Shown: positions 23,514 to 34,960 of the stretch, piece after piece
Layout: every line of letters starts with the position of its first letter
Numbering within the stretch: position 1 is the stretch's first letter
NCBI GenBank assembly: GCA_963921275.4
Contig: OZ001293.3
Location: 352,001-416,000, forward strand
Direction of reading: 5' to 3'
Length of the DNA: 64,000 nucleotides
Origin: an uncultured Hormoscilla sp.
GTDB taxonomy: Bacteria > Cyanobacteriota > Cyanobacteriia > Cyanobacteriales > Desertifilaceae
Made by a program: the position numbers and the translations under genes
The notes under the pieces: model-generated
The model's input: only the letters and a program-made list of their open reading frames with translations
Databases searched by the model: none
What the model was told of the DNA's origin: nothing

Positions 23514-24101
23514 TTGCTTTCACCACTAGATCGCCATTGGGAGCAGCAGTCAACTCACATCTACATATCCACCCCGAATGTATCAATCCTGCATCTCCTA
23601 GAAACTACCAAGTCTCCGTTCGCGCAGCGTGGCGCAGCCATTCGCGCAGCGTGGCGCAGCCATAGATGGCAGGGTCGAAAGAGCGCTATTACCATGCACT
23701 TCGACCCGATCCTCTTCAGTCCCCTCCTGCGTACCCAGCAAACAGCCGAAATACTGCAAAAAGCAGGTCTAGCAACCCAGATAGAAACATCTCACCACCT
23801 CGCCCCCGCCGGTGACATCAAAGCATGGCTAGACTGGTTAGACAAATGGCAGCAGACTGGCGGTAGCACCTTAGCCCTAGTCGGTCATCAACCAAACCTG
23901 GGAAACTGGGCAGAAATCTTAGTCTGGGGCGAACCCTACTGTGTCCCCCGGGTAGTGCGAGTAGCGCTCCCGGGGGACACAGGAGGTGCATTAGTCGTGA
24001 AAAAAGCTGGAGTTATCGGTTTGAGTCTCCCTGAAACTGGATCTCCCCTTGGCAGGTGCTCTCTGTTTTTGCTAGCTCCGCCCAAATTTCTCTTATCATA
24101 G
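23514..24101 (+). pseudogene. sixA: Phosphohistidine phosphatase SixA lacking the N-terminal RHG motif, with repeat insertions
   Basis: SPLLRTQQTAEIL, LVGHQP, KKAG motifs; usual position upstream of gltA. Confidence 0.7.
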
Positions 24102-24212
24102 CGAGGGCGATCTTCCCTATAGGGGGGATCGATTAGCGATTTGACAGTAAGGATTTGATGTGATAGGTACTCTGATACAGAAGAAATTTCACGCTCAGTA
24201 AAGGATACAGCT

Positions 24213-25352
24213 ATGTCCATTGCCTGCGAATATAAACCAGGGCTAGAAGGAATTCCCGCTAGTCAATCCAGCATCGGTTTCATCGATGGACACAAAGGAG
24301 TCCTGGAGTATCGAGGAGTTCCCATAGAAGAACTAGCAGCTCATAGTACTTTCATAGAAACGACCTATCTGCTGATCTGGGGTCATCTGCCCAGCGCCCC
24401 AGAGATGGAAGCATTTGAATATGAAATACGCCATCACCGGCGCATCAAATATCGGATCCGGGACATGATGAAGTGCTTTCCCGAAACAGGTCACCCGATG
24501 GATGCTTTGCAATCCTCTGCTGCGGCCTTGGGGTTATTTTATGCCCGTCGCGCCTTGGATGACCCCCAATACATTCGCAGTGCGGTGGTCCGCCTGATTG
24601 CTAAAATGCCCTCGATGGTAGCAGCATTTAATCTGATGCGGAAAGGTAACGATGCCGTGATGCCTAGAGATGACCTCGACTATGCTGCCAATTTTCTGTA
24701 TATGCTCACGGAAAGCGAACCAGATCCCCTAGCTGCTCGGGTATTTGATGTCAGTCTGACCCTGCACGCGGAACATACGATGAATGCTTCGACATTCTCC
24801 GCCAGAGTTACGGCTTCTACTCTAACTGACCCCTATGCGGTGATCGCTTCCGCTGTGGGCACCCTGGCCGGTCCGCTCCATGGCGGGGCTAATGAAGAAG
24901 TTCTGGATATGTTGGAGAAAATTGGCTCGGTGGAGAATGTTCGTCCCTACCTGGAAGATGCGATCGCACGCAGAGCCAAAATTATGGGATTCGGTCACAG
25001 AGTATATAAGGTTAAAGACCCCCGCGCCAATATCCTTCAAAGTCTAGCAGAAAAGCTGTTTGATAAGTTTGGTCATGACAAATACTACGCGATCGCCCTA
25101 GAGTTGGAAAAACAGATCTCGGAAAAACTCGGTCCCAAAGGGATTTACCCGAATGTGGACTTTTATTCAGGCTTAGTATACCGGAAGCTAGGCATTCCCA
25201 GGGACTTGTTTACCCCAGTGTTCGCGATCGCCCGGGTAGCCGGTTGGCTAGCCCACTGGAAAGAGCAGCTAGAAGAAAACCGCATCTACCGTCCCACCCA
25301 AGTTTACACTGGCGAGCATAACATGCCCTACATTCCCATAGACAAACGCTAA
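24213..25352 (+). CDS. gltA: Citrate synthase
   Basis: LHAEHTMNAST, GPLHGGANE, GFGHRVYK, YPNVDFYSG. Confidence 0.97.
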   Translation: MSIACEYKPGLEGIPASQSSIGFIDGHKGVLEYRGVPIEELAAHSTFIETTYLLIWGHLPSAPEMEAFEYEIRHHRRIKYRIRDMMKCFPETGHPMDALQSSAAALGLFYARRALDDPQYIRSAVVRLIAKMPSMVAAFNLMRKGNDAVMPRDDLDYAANFLYMLTESEPDPLAARVFDVSLTLHAEHTMNASTFSARVTASTLTDPYAVIASAVGTLAGPLHGGANEEVLDMLEKIGSVENVRPYLEDAIARRAKIMGFGHRVYKVKDPRANILQSLAEKLFDKFGHDKYYAIALELEKQISEKLGPKGIYPNVDFYSGLVYRKLGIPRDLFTPVFAIARVAGWLAHWKEQLEENRIYRPTQVYTGEHNMPYIPIDKR

Positions 25353-25898
25353 TGTCAGCGAGCAGTGATTCAGCGATATCTCGGGAGTAGTGCGAATAGC
25401 GCTCTCCCGAGATATCAGCTCGATGCTACCAGTGCTAAAATGGCTGTGGGCTCAGAAACCCGGTAAGTTAAGAGTTACCGGGTTTCTGGATGTTCGGTTA
25501 ATTTATACCTGCCTACTTAATGCTCTCGGGTTTCTAGCTCAGTTGTGGAGGGTTTCACCCCCTGCGAAGAATCGATAGCTTCTGTTCACAATGAATGATA
25601 GTGACGATTTCAGGTAATGCTAGCTCTCAGACCTATGAGTCTGAGGGTTTTGTTTTTTCAGGCCGCGAAAGGCAAGGACTAAAGTCCTTACTACGAACGA
25701 GGGTAAGGACTAAAGTCCTTACTACGAACGATCGGCCCGCAGACGGTCCGAAAAATCGCTCGGGATTTCTGGTAAAAGTCGTTAAAAAACTTTAAAATCG
25801 ATCGAGTCAGCCGTCAGCCATCCAGTTACGGTAGCTAGTAAACCGGCAGTTAAGACCGCTGGGATATTGCCCAGCCAGATATTGCGTATATAGGAAAC

Positions 25899-27017
25899 AT
25901 GAACCCAGGAATAGACTTACAAGGAAGTTTTATCCAGTTCTTCAGGGATATTGGCGTCCCTGGGGAAGTGGCCCAAGCAATGTGGCTGCCACTGCCGATG
26001 GTGCTGGTGCTGGTAGGTGCCACAGTAGGAGTGTTAGTAACAACCTGGTTAGAACGGAAAATTTCCGCAGCCGTCCAGCAGCGGATCGGTCCGGAATACA
26101 TGGGCCCATTCGGCGTGTTAGTCCCGGTAGCAGATGGTCTCAAACTGCTGTTCAAAGAGGATGTCATCCCCAATTCCTCAGATCCATTGTTATTCACCCT
26201 CGGTCCCGCCCTCGTAGTGGTGCCAGTCTTTGTCTCTTACCTGATTGTCCCCTTTGGCCAGAATTTGGTCATCACTGACTTGGGTGTCGGTATTTTTCTC
26301 TGGATCGCCCTTTCCAGTATTGCCCCGATCGGTCTGTTGATGTCAGGTTACGCCTCTAATAATAAGTATTCTTTGCTGGGGGGACTCAGGGCCGCAGCTC
26401 AATCTATCAGTTATGAGGTGCCCCTGGCCCTCTGCGTACTGGCGATCGTCATGATGTCCAACAGCCTCAGCACGATCGACATCGTCGAACAGCAATCAGG
26501 TTACGGTATTTTAGGCTGGAATGTTTGGCGTCAACCAGTAGGGTTCGTCATCTTTTGGATCGCCGCCCTAGCAGAATGCGAACGGCTACCCTTTGACTTG
26601 CCAGAAGCAGAAGAAGAACTGGTAGCAGGATACCAGACAGAGTATACTGGGATGAAATTCGCTCTGTTTTACCTCGGTTCTTACGTCAACCTAGTGCTGT
26701 CTGCCCTCCTAGTGGCAATATTGTACCTGGGAGGTTGGGAATTTCCGGTATCGCTCGATTTCTTAGCCAGTTTCCTAGGAGTAAGTGAGACGACGCCTTG
26801 GTTGCAGGTAATCGCAGCTAGCATTGGCATCATAATGGTAATCCTGAAAGCCTACTTTCTAGTATTCCTAGCAATTCTGCTCCGCTGGACTGTGCCACGG
26901 GTGAGAATAGACCAGTTACTAGACCTAGGGTGGAAGTTTTTATTGCCCGTATCCCTAGTGAACCTGCTGTTAACCGCTGGCCTGAAGCTAGCCTTCCCCT
27001 TTGCCTTCGGCGGATAA
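25899..27017 (+). CDS. ndhA: NDH-1 subunit NdhA (NuoH)
   Basis: [30 protein letters not shown]. Confidence 0.97.
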   Translation: MNPGIDLQGSFIQFFRDIGVPGEVAQAMWLPLPMVLVLVGATVGVLVTTWLERKISAAVQQRIGPEYMGPFGVLVPVADGLKLLFKEDVIPNSSDPLLFTLGPALVVVPVFVSYLIVPFGQNLVITDLGVGIFLWIALSSIAPIGLLMSGYASNNKYSLLGGLRAAAQSISYEVPLALCVLAIVMMSNSLSTIDIVEQQSGYGILGWNVWRQPVGFVIFWIAALAECERLPFDLPEAEEELVAGYQTEYTGMKFALFYLGSYVNLVLSALLVAILYLGGWEFPVSLDFLASFLGVSETTPWLQVIAASIGIIMVILKAYFLVFLAILLRWTVPRVRIDQLLDLGWKFLLPVSLVNLLLTAGLKLAFPFAFGG

Positions 27018-27076
27018 GTTAGAATGTAGGGTGGGCACCGCCCACCAACAAGGGAGATGTAGAGAGAGAACACACC

Positions 27077-27664
27077 ATGCTGAAATTCCTCAAGCAAGTT
27101 AGCGAATACACGAAAGAGACATTTCAAGCTGCTAAATACATCGGTCAGGGACTATCTGTCACCTTTGACCACATGCAGCGGCGTCCGATCACAGTGCAGT
27201 ACCCCTATGAAAAACTTATCCCATCGGAGCGCTTCCGGGGTAGGATTCATTTTGAATTTGATAAGTGCATCTCCTGCGAAGTCTGCGTGCGGGTTTGCCC
27301 GATCAACCTGCCAGTGGTAGATTGGGAATTCAACAAGGAAAGCAAGAAGAAACAGTTGAAGCATTACAGCATCGACTTCGGTGTTTGTATATTCTGCGCT
27401 AATTGTATAGAATATTGTCCCACAAACTGTCTATCGGCGACAGAGGAGTACGAACTGGCAGCCTATGACAGGCATGAGTTGAACTATGACAATGTGGCAC
27501 TAGGACGGCTTCCCTATAAAGTCACGAATGACCCCATGGTACAGCCGATGCGGGAACTGGCTTACCTACCAAAGGGGGTCATGGATCCTCATGAAGTGTC
27601 ACATACTCAGCCTCGTGCAGGTAAGCGCCCAGAAGAAATTATCGCAGAAATGGAAAAAAATTAA
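27077..27664 (+). CDS. ndhI: NDH-1 subunit NdhI
   Basis: Two CxxCxxCxxxCP motifs. Confidence 0.97.
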   Translation: MLKFLKQVSEYTKETFQAAKYIGQGLSVTFDHMQRRPITVQYPYEKLIPSERFRGRIHFEFDKCISCEVCVRVCPINLPVVDWEFNKESKKKQLKHYSIDFGVCIFCANCIEYCPTNCLSATEEYELAAYDRHELNYDNVALGRLPYKVTNDPMVQPMRELAYLPKGVMDPHEVSHTQPRAGKRPEEIIAEMEKN

Positions 27665-27771
27665 GGGTTTGTAGTAAGCACTTTATACTTTAGTGCTTGC
27701 TCTCCGGAAGCACTAAAGTGCTTACTACGAAAAATATACGAACGATGAACAATTAGCAAAGGACAAGCAGA

Positions 27772-28383
27772 GTGAATTTAGCAGAAGGAGTTCAGTTAGT
27801 TGCTTTTGGTCTGCTGGCAGTGATGGCGATCGCCGCAGCATTGGGAGTGGTACTGCTAGAGAATATCGTCTACTCAGCTTTTTTGCTGGGAGGGGTGTTT
27901 ATCAGCATCGCAGGCATGTACATTTTATTGAATGCAGGCTTTGTGGCAGCGGCCCAAGTACTGATTTATGTGGGGGCGGTGAACGTCCTGATTTTGTTTG
28001 CTATCATGCTGGTGAACAAACGGGAAGAGTTGAAACCCCTGCCGCGTGCCTGGATCCGGAAGGGGGCAACGGGTTTGGTATGTGTCGGCCTGTTTGCCCT
28101 ATTGAGTACGATGGTTTTAACAACTCCTTGGTCTCTCTCAACAGGGGCGATCGCAGGAGATGCTTCTACATTAATCATCGGACAGCATTTCTTCAGTGAC
28201 TTTTTACTCCCCTTTGAACTGGCATCAGTGCTGTTGTTGATAGCTTTAGTCGGGGCAATAATTCTGGCCCGTCGCGAGTATTTGCCCGATGAAATGCCTT
28301 CCGGACCGGTGCCGCCAGCTTTGACGCTACCCGAACGCCCACGGGAACTCGTATCAGCATCAGAGAAAACTTCCCAGAATTAA
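27772..28383 (+). CDS. ndhG: NDH-1 subunit NdhG (NuoJ)
   Basis: AAAQVLIYVGAVNVLILFAIML, LPFELAS. Confidence 0.96.
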   Translation: MNLAEGVQLVAFGLLAVMAIAAALGVVLLENIVYSAFLLGGVFISIAGMYILLNAGFVAAAQVLIYVGAVNVLILFAIMLVNKREELKPLPRAWIRKGATGLVCVGLFALLSTMVLTTPWSLSTGAIAGDASTLIIGQHFFSDFLLPFELASVLLLIALVGAIILARREYLPDEMPSGPVPPALTLPERPRELVSASEKTSQN

Positions 28384-28471
28384 TTAAACATAGATAAGCG
28401 CTAAAGCGCTGACTACGAACGCAGAAGCAGCGCTTTAGCGCTGACTACGAACTCAGAAGAAGCAGTAAATT

Positions 28472-28783
28472 ATGAGCATACAACTTCAGGATTTCTTGTT
28501 AATAGCAGCAGCATTGTTCTGCATTGGCATTTATGGTTTGATTAACAGCCGCAATGCCGTGCGGGTGCTGATGTCGATCGAGTTGCTGCTGAATGCAGTA
28601 AATATAAATTTGATGGCATTTTCAAATTTCCTCGACTCCCAAGGGATAAAGGGACAAGTTTTTACAGTGTTTGTGATTACAGTGGCAGCGGCAGAAGCGG
28701 CGGTGGGTCTGGCGATCGTGTTGTCAATTTACCGCAATCGCGATACAGTGGATATGGAGCAGTTTAACTTATTGAAGTGGTAG
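28472..28783 (+). CDS. ndhE: NDH-1 subunit NdhE (NuoK)
   Basis: [22 protein letters not shown]. Confidence 0.96.
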   Translation: MSIQLQDFLLIAAALFCIGIYGLINSRNAVRVLMSIELLLNAVNINLMAFSNFLDSQGIKGQVFTVFVITVAAAEAAVGLAIVLSIYRNRDTVDMEQFNLLKW

Positions 28784-28787
28784 ATTA

Positions 28788-29708
28788 GTGGAGCTAAAGC
28801 GGGTCATAATTGCCCATAAAGCTGGAGATGATGAGAGTCGCCGCTGGGCGGAAACATGTGCGAGACAGCTGGAGGATCGGGGTTCTCAGGTGTTGATGGG
28901 ACCGAGTGGGGTCAAGGATAATCCCTACCCGGTGTTTTTGGCTTCCCGAACGCAACCGATCGATCTGGCAGTGGTCCTGGGTGGTGATGGCACGGCTTTA
29001 GCTGCTGCTAGACAAGTGGCCCCAGATGGCATCCTGATTTTAGCTGTAAATATCGGGGGTCATCTGGGGTTTTTGACGGAATCTTTTGAAGCCTTTAAGG
29101 ATACAGAACGGGTTTGGGACAGGTTGATGGAAGACCGCTATGCAATACAGCGCCGGATGATGTTGCAGGCGGCTGTGTTTGAAGGCGATCGCACTAATAG
29201 GAAACCTGTAAGCGATCGCTTTTTGGCCCTAAATGAAATCTGTATCAAGCCTGCGTCTGCTGACCGGATGATTACCTCAATTCTGGAAGTGGCGATCGAC
29301 GGGGAAGTGGTGGATCAATATCAGGGAGATGGGCTGATTGTTGCCACGCCTACCGGTTCGACTTGCTACACCTTGTCGGCAAATGGCCCGATCGTCCATG
29401 AGGGCATGGAGGCGATCGCGGTTACTCCCATTTGTCCTTTGAGTCTATCTAGTCGTGCCATTGTTTTGCCATCGGGTTCTGTAGTCAGTGTCTGGCCTTT
29501 AGAAGACCGGGAGTTAAATACGAAACTCTGGACAGACGGGGTGATGGGAACTGCCATTTGGTCCGGACAGCGAGTGGACGTGAGAATGGCTAATTGTCTA
29601 GCCAAGTTTATTATTCTGCGGGAAAATTATTCTTACTATCAGACCCTACGGGAAAAGCTACAGTGGGCAGGGGCGAGGATTAGCTATAGTAAGGATAATC
29701 GGGATTGA
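28788..29708 (+). CDS. nadK: NAD(+) kinase
   Basis: GGDGT, GHLGFL, ALNE, DGLIVATPTGST. Confidence 0.95.
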   Translation: MELKRVIIAHKAGDDESRRWAETCARQLEDRGSQVLMGPSGVKDNPYPVFLASRTQPIDLAVVLGGDGTALAAARQVAPDGILILAVNIGGHLGFLTESFEAFKDTERVWDRLMEDRYAIQRRMMLQAAVFEGDRTNRKPVSDRFLALNEICIKPASADRMITSILEVAIDGEVVDQYQGDGLIVATPTGSTCYTLSANGPIVHEGMEAIAVTPICPLSLSSRAIVLPSGSVVSVWPLEDRELNTKLWTDGVMGTAIWSGQRVDVRMANCLAKFIILRENYSYYQTLREKLQWAGARISYSKDNRD

Positions 29709-30076
29709 TGGGAAGAAAAGGTTGGTTAATATAATTAATTAGGAGGTTTTTCATGCTGGACAGTACAAAGTTCTGAATTGGTATGTCACCAGCATTACAT
29801 AACGGGACTTGAGAATTTTCTCAGGCAAAAAACGGCTCAAACCCTTACTGAGTGGAGGTTTTATGTCGAAGGGTATTAAATGGCAGCAAACCCTGAGCCT
29901 GCGGAGATCGAGACCCGATCGACCTAAAAATGGCTCTGTCAAAGGGTTTGAGGCTCCTTTAGGCCTATTTTTTCCCAAAGTCCCGTTAGTGACCAAAAAT
30001 CAAGGCCCTTAATCAGGTGCATTCAACCCGACATGATATAAACTGCATGTTGGGGCCTCCGGTAAAATCGAGGCGG

Positions 30077-30194
30077 GTGCATCTCATATTTGCAGATGTA
30101 TCTGTAGGGGCGAAGCATTTCTGCGACAAATTGAGTCATAAACCGACAGATTTACGCTTCGATTTGCTTCGCCCCGTGCGAAAGTGAGATGCAC
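30077..30194. mobile_element. Small MITE-like element containing a GTAG REP pair
   Basis: Terminal IR GGTGCATCTCA / TGAGATGCACC; internal GTAGGGGCGAAGCA ... TGCTTCGCCCC. Confidence 0.55.
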
Positions 30195-30199
30195 CGCCC

Positions 30200-30744
30200 A
30201 TTATGCCGATGGCGTTCATTGGGAATTTGCTGCTCTGATCCTTAACCCAAATCAGCGTGCCGACTACTACGACCAGCTTGATGAGCGGGCAGCTTGGTTT
30301 TACGAGGCTGTAACCATTTCCGACGGTATGGTGATTCAGGAGCCAAGTAAAGAGGGACAAGTTTACCTTGCTGCTTATCAAGACAGCGAGGATAACTGGC
30401 TTGATGGTTCTAACACCTATAAAATGACGGTTCCCGCCAATCCTCCTGCCGAGAAGTTTTGATCGGTTACGGTGTATGACAACAATGCGCGCGTTTTCAT
30501 CAACACCGACACCAAAAAACCCGATCGCTCCTCTAAGGATAAGCTATGCGAGAATCCTGACGGCACAGTTGATATCTACGTCGGTCTTCAAGAACCTACC
30601 GATCCTTGCAAAGCCGCCAACTGGATTAAGAGCAACCCAGGGGAAGGTTGGTTCGCGTACTTCCGACTTTATGGTCCCACGGAAGACCACTTTAATGGAA
30701 AGTGGGTTCTCAATGACTTCGTAAAGGTTGGCGGAACGCTCTAA
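30200..30744 (+). pseudogene. DUF1214-domain protein, C-terminal fragment with an internal stop
   Basis: LDERAAWFY, WLDGSNTY, PPAEKF*SVTVYD, FRLYGP. Confidence 0.75.
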
Positions 30745-30763
30745 ATTCCTCAGTTGATTGAAT

Positions 30764-30879
30764 GGTGTTGCACAATCACCGGATGATGGGTAGATTTGCA
30801 AACGTTTGAAAGCTAGAGTATCAGCCACTTTCAGTTTTCAGTTACGTACCAAAAATACTATCATCCCCCGTGCAACGCC
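30764..30879. mobile_element. MITE, same family as 13513-13625
   Basis: GGTGTTGCACAATCAC...GTGCAACGCC; no clear TSD. Confidence 0.75.
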
Positions 30880-30995
30880 ATGAAAAAGGAGGCCAAATGA
30901 TGGATGGTGCAGCCCGCGATTTGAGAAAAGCTGGAAAAATTATCAAAATCGCCGCAAACAGAAGCACTTCACTACATTGGCCAATTACTCATTCA

Positions 30996-31782
30996 TTATT
31001 CGTGCAGTTCTAATAATTCCCTCAAGAAATCTACAAAACTTGCCAGAATCGGAACCTGCATGTTGGTGGACTCACTTACCCAATTATTATCTGCAAGACT
31101 CACCGTATTCGTCTTTCCTGGTTTGAGAACACTGACGATCGTAGCAATTAGAGCTTTGTCCTGATCGAAAGGTTTCCACTTGAGAGATTTCCTCTCCTCC
31201 TCGGAAAATTGGGCAAGATAGGAATTAGCTCTCTCCGCGTACATAGGATAAGCTACTTCACCACAACTGCATAACAAAGTATCCAGCACCCCCTGAGAGA
31301 CATTATCAGGTAACACATAAATTCCCGTGCGAGGAGAACCTGTATCTACAACGCCTGCTCGATCGGGGAAACCAGGAAATAAATTACTGAAGCCATTACA
31401 GTAGTCTAAGGCTACCTGTTCGGGAGACTGGCGATCGGCATCAGCAACTATCCCGAATGCTGCGATATCAGTTCGATACTCAGGGTAGTTAGAAAAATTT
31501 TGCCTTCAGATTTCGTACTAGCTTACTTCCTTCTCCTGAGTAAATGGCTACCGAAACCGATTCTGTGAATAAGATAGAAGGCATATCCAGACGCTTGTAT
31601 AAGTTTCCCTGTTTGGGATAAGATGGAACAAAATTAATCCAGAAAGGAATGCGCTGCGCGCACGCTGCGCGATCGAGATTGGCTTCATTGCCGTCAAAAG
31701 ATTGACAGCCAAGCAATTTCAGCACTTTGCCCACAAAGGCTTGATCGTGAGGACCTTCTACACCGATGAGTGCATATCTCAC
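30996..31782 (-). pseudogene. DUF3226/TOPRIM-like partner of the AAA ATPase; frameshift near 31495
   Basis: LIGVEGPHDQAF...GIVADAD...PDN..QG.L; GTG start overlaps the ATPase stop. Confidence 0.65.
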
Positions 31783-32939
31783 CGTCGTACCTCCTGTCCC
31801 AGTTCTTCCCGAATTATACACAGGGTTTCTCGATCTAGTCTGATTAATTTAGTCTGGGACTCCTCTGGCCTTAAGCGATAGAGGACTAGATCCACATCCG
31901 AGGAAGTAGCATCCAACATTGCATCAATAGCTTCCAGACTTTGAGTAGTTGCAAATAACTGCACGTCCATCTTACTACACCACTGGACAAGCCAAGAGAA
32001 AACTCCCCGCAGCGCGTCAGTATGAATAGAGGTTTCCAACTCATCAATCAGTAGAACACCCCCTCGCACCTTTGCCAGGGTTAAGGCGTAAAGCAGGAGA
32101 CGACGCACAGCATTACCGCAGATACTCAAAGGTGCTAGCCCCAACTGTTTGTGGTCAATATAAAGGCCCGAACCTATGCCCTGATTATCCAGAATTTCCA
32201 AGCCAACAATTCCTGAGTCTATGACTTGCAGAAGCTTGATGACTTCGGGCTTAAACCTTTGTAAAATGGCTTCTGATAGCAGCCCCACATGCAACTGTTC
32301 GATCCAGTGGTCTAAGGGTGTAACGATTTCAACTGGTAGCATTAGATTCCCTGATGCTAAGTCCTGATGTCGGACTTTCTTAGGGCTAAGGACTTGACTC
32401 CTGGTAATCAAACGCCCAGAGTTCCACAACTGGAAATGTTCGGAATACTCCTGCTTTTCCTGATGCTGTTGTGGGTTGAAGATCGTAGCAACTAATTCTA
32501 TATCCGCTTTATGTTCGCCTGACTCCCCTACACCTATTAACTCTCTGTATCCCCAAGGAACGCTACTCCCACTACCCGGGGGATACAGTCTGTAAATTGC
32601 CCGAGAATCAATGACTGGGAAACTGCCATCGCCAGAGATATGTGTTTGGACCTGGTAAACATCGATTTTCCTGTCGCCATTCTGCTGATTTTGTGGTAAT
32701 GCTGGAAACAGCCATTTGAGCCGTGATAGCAGATATTGACGATCGCCCTTTAAATCTCGTCCCCTAGTCAGCCATTGTAGCGGATCCAAGGGACGACAGT
32801 AGGTAGAGATAGCTTCTAAAACGCTGGTTTTGCCTGAGTTATTGACGCCAACGAGCAGATTTATTTGCCCCAAGGAATCCCAACTCAGATCCCGCAGTCC
32901 CCGGAACTGATGGATAGTAAGGTTTTTGATGTGGCTCAT
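31779..32939 (-). CDS. ABC-type AAA_15/AAA_21 ATPase
   Basis: GVNNSGKTS Walker A; LLIDELETSIH Walker B; FATTQS at the H-loop position. Confidence 0.85.
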   Translation of the reverse strand: MSHIKNLTIHQFRGLRDLSWDSLGQINLLVGVNNSGKTSVLEAISTYCRPLDPLQWLTRGRDLKGDRQYLLSRLKWLFPALPQNQQNGDRKIDVYQVQTHISGDGSFPVIDSRAIYRLYPPGSGSSVPWGYRELIGVGESGEHKADIELVATIFNPQQHQEKQEYSEHFQLWNSGRLITRSQVLSPKKVRHQDLASGNLMLPVEIVTPLDHWIEQLHVGLLSEAILQRFKPEVIKLLQVIDSGIVGLEILDNQGIGSGLYIDHKQLGLAPLSICGNAVRRLLLYALTLAKVRGGVLLIDELETSIHTDALRGVFSWLVQWCSKMDVQLFATTQSLEAIDAMLDATSSDVDLVLYRLRPEESQTKLIRLDRETLCIIREELGQEVRR

Positions 32940-32998
32940 TCGCTGGTGACCCGAATATCTCTATTGATTAATTGTAACATCAACAATCAACCATTTGA

Positions 32999-34333
32999 CT
33001 ATCGAATCACTTCCTCTGCTACTTTCGGTACCGCAGCAGTCAACACCTCACGTCCAGAATCTGTCACCAAAACATCATCCTCAATTCTAACTCCAATTCC
33101 GCGCCATTGCGGGTCTATCTCTGGTTGTTCCTCCGCAGGTTTTGTTTCCGAACTAATGTAAAGACCGGGTTCCACTGTAATTATCTGACCTGGTTGGAAT
33201 GTCAGCCAATCTTCTTCTCCTTCCCCCTGCTTGTAAAACCCCGCATCATGCACGTCTAAACCTAACCAATGACCAGTTCCGTGCATGTAAAAAGGTTTGT
33301 ATTTCTTCTCTTTAATCAGTTCTTCTATCTCACCCACTAGCAGTCCGATTTCTAGCAATCCTTCTACTAGTACTTTTACAGCTGTCCCATGCATATCATT
33401 GTAAGTCTTGCCCGGCTTTACCTGCTCGATAGCCTGTCTTTGGGCTTCTAGTACTATCTCATAAATCACCCGTTGTTGCATGGTAAACTTGCGATTTACC
33501 GGAAAAGTCCGAGTAATATCAGCATTATAATACTCGTAACAACAACCAGCGTCAATCAGCAATAAATCTCCATCTTGCAACTGGCGATTGTTCTCCACAT
33601 AATGTAATATGCAGGCATTCTGACCAGAGGCGACAATGGAAGGATAGGCCGGTCCCATCACCGACTGCTGGCGAAAAATATACTCCATTTCCGCTTGAAT
33701 TTCATATTCGTAAATCCCCGGACGGGCTAATTCCCGGGCCCGCTGATGGGCCTCCACCGAAATGGCGATCGCCTTTTTCATTAACTGCAATTCTGCGGAA
33801 CTTTTGACCGATCGCAAGGGATTGAGAATGAAAGCAGGATCTTCCAGGGCCATCGGTCCAGTGCCCCGTCTGGGATATGCTTTCAATTGCCGTTGCCAAT
33901 GCTTGATGATAGTCTGATTAAAAGCCTCATCCCGCCCGAGATGATAATAAATTCTGTCCGCCTTTTCCAGATACTGGGGCAACTTTTCATCCAGTTCTGT
34001 AATCGGATACACCTCATCGGCACCAAACTGTTCCTTTGCTGCATCGACGCCCACCCGGTAACCATTCCAGACTTCTTTTTCCCACTCCTTCGATCGGACA
34101 AACAGCACAAATTTATGTTCTTGGTGGTAGGGTGCCAAAACCGCCACCGCTGACGGTTCGTTGAAACCAGTCAGATAGAAAAAATCACTATCCTGTCGGA
34201 AATTGTACTCCACATCATTGTGCATCACGGCCATCGGGGCACTTCTAAAGATGGCAGTTCCTTGACCAATCTTCTCCATGAGGCGATCGCGACGCTGGTG
34301 GTATTCTGCTTGCATATATACTTGGCGAGACAA
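32999..34333 (-). CDS. pepP: Xaa-Pro aminopeptidase
   Basis: FRQDSDFFYLTG, DAG...ADITRT, HGTGHWLGLDVHD, VEPGLY, RIEDD. Confidence 0.95.
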   Translation of the reverse strand: MSRQVYMQAEYHQRRDRLMEKIGQGTAIFRSAPMAVMHNDVEYNFRQDSDFFYLTGFNEPSAVAVLAPYHQEHKFVLFVRSKEWEKEVWNGYRVGVDAAKEQFGADEVYPITELDEKLPQYLEKADRIYYHLGRDEAFNQTIIKHWQRQLKAYPRRGTGPMALEDPAFILNPLRSVKSSAELQLMKKAIAISVEAHQRARELARPGIYEYEIQAEMEYIFRQQSVMGPAYPSIVASGQNACILHYVENNRQLQDGDLLLIDAGCCYEYYNADITRTFPVNRKFTMQQRVIYEIVLEAQRQAIEQVKPGKTYNDMHGTAVKVLVEGLLEIGLLVGEIEELIKEKKYKPFYMHGTGHWLGLDVHDAGFYKQGEGEEDWLTFQPGQIITVEPGLYISSETKPAEEQPEIDPQWRGIGVRIEDDVLVTDSGREVLTAAVPKVAEEVIR

Positions 34334-34613
34334 CTCGTGCGACCATCATCCTATCACAGAAAAACTAACGGGTTTTGACCACACCCATCCCGCTATTCTG
34401 ACGACCGCAGATGTCACCGGTTACTACTTGCCACCTGTGGCTCCCTTGCTGGGGCTTGCTGGGGAAGATCTAGCTTTGACTGCGGGGATCTGAACATTAT
34501 GCTGCCGGTGCTCAACGCAGAGAAACCAGGTTTTGAGCGCGACGGCGTCGCCTGACGCCCAACGCGCGGCACTGCGCTTCCCGGAAAAACCGGGTTTTTT
34601 TAATGCTGCGAGG

Positions 34614-34701
34614 TTACTGCTCGCAGGGTGTAACCTTACTGCTCGCAGGGCGTAACCTTACTGCTCGCAGGGTGTAACCTTATTGCTCGCACAGTGTAAC
34701 C
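34614..34701 (+). repeat. Four tandem 22-bp repeats TTACTGCTCGCAGGGTGTAACC
   Basis: Directly visible; no spacers. Confidence 0.9.
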
Positions 34702-34732
34702 GGGTGTAATCAAAAGTAGTTGTATAGGGGAT

Positions 34733-34960
34733 CCCCCCTAACCCCCCTTCTTAAGCTTCTTAAGGGGGGCTTAATAAGCCCCCCCTTTTGTAAGATACTG
34801 TGGGGCAATTAACTGGGGGGTGTAACCCCCCAATACAGCCAAACCCTCACCAAGAGAGGACTTTCTCCCCACTCCCCACTCCCCACTCCCTACTCCAGAT
34901 CGTCGAGATCTCGTAATTCGCCCACAGCATCTTGTAAGGGGGGGTTTGGGGGGGATCCGA
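34733..34960. repeat. CCCCCC/GGGGGG palindromic repeats and heptamer STRR (CTCCCCA)n
   Basis: ccccctaacccccct...taagggggg; ctccccactccccactccccactccc at ~34864. Confidence 0.7.

Noticed and set aside
29750..30040. Possible IS/MITE remnant after nadK
   Set aside because: Only a weak terminal similarity (TCATGCTGG / CCGACATGA) and no convincing TSD or transposase.
34614..34701. Possible mini-CRISPR
   Set aside because: Head-to-tail 22-bp repeats with no spacers.
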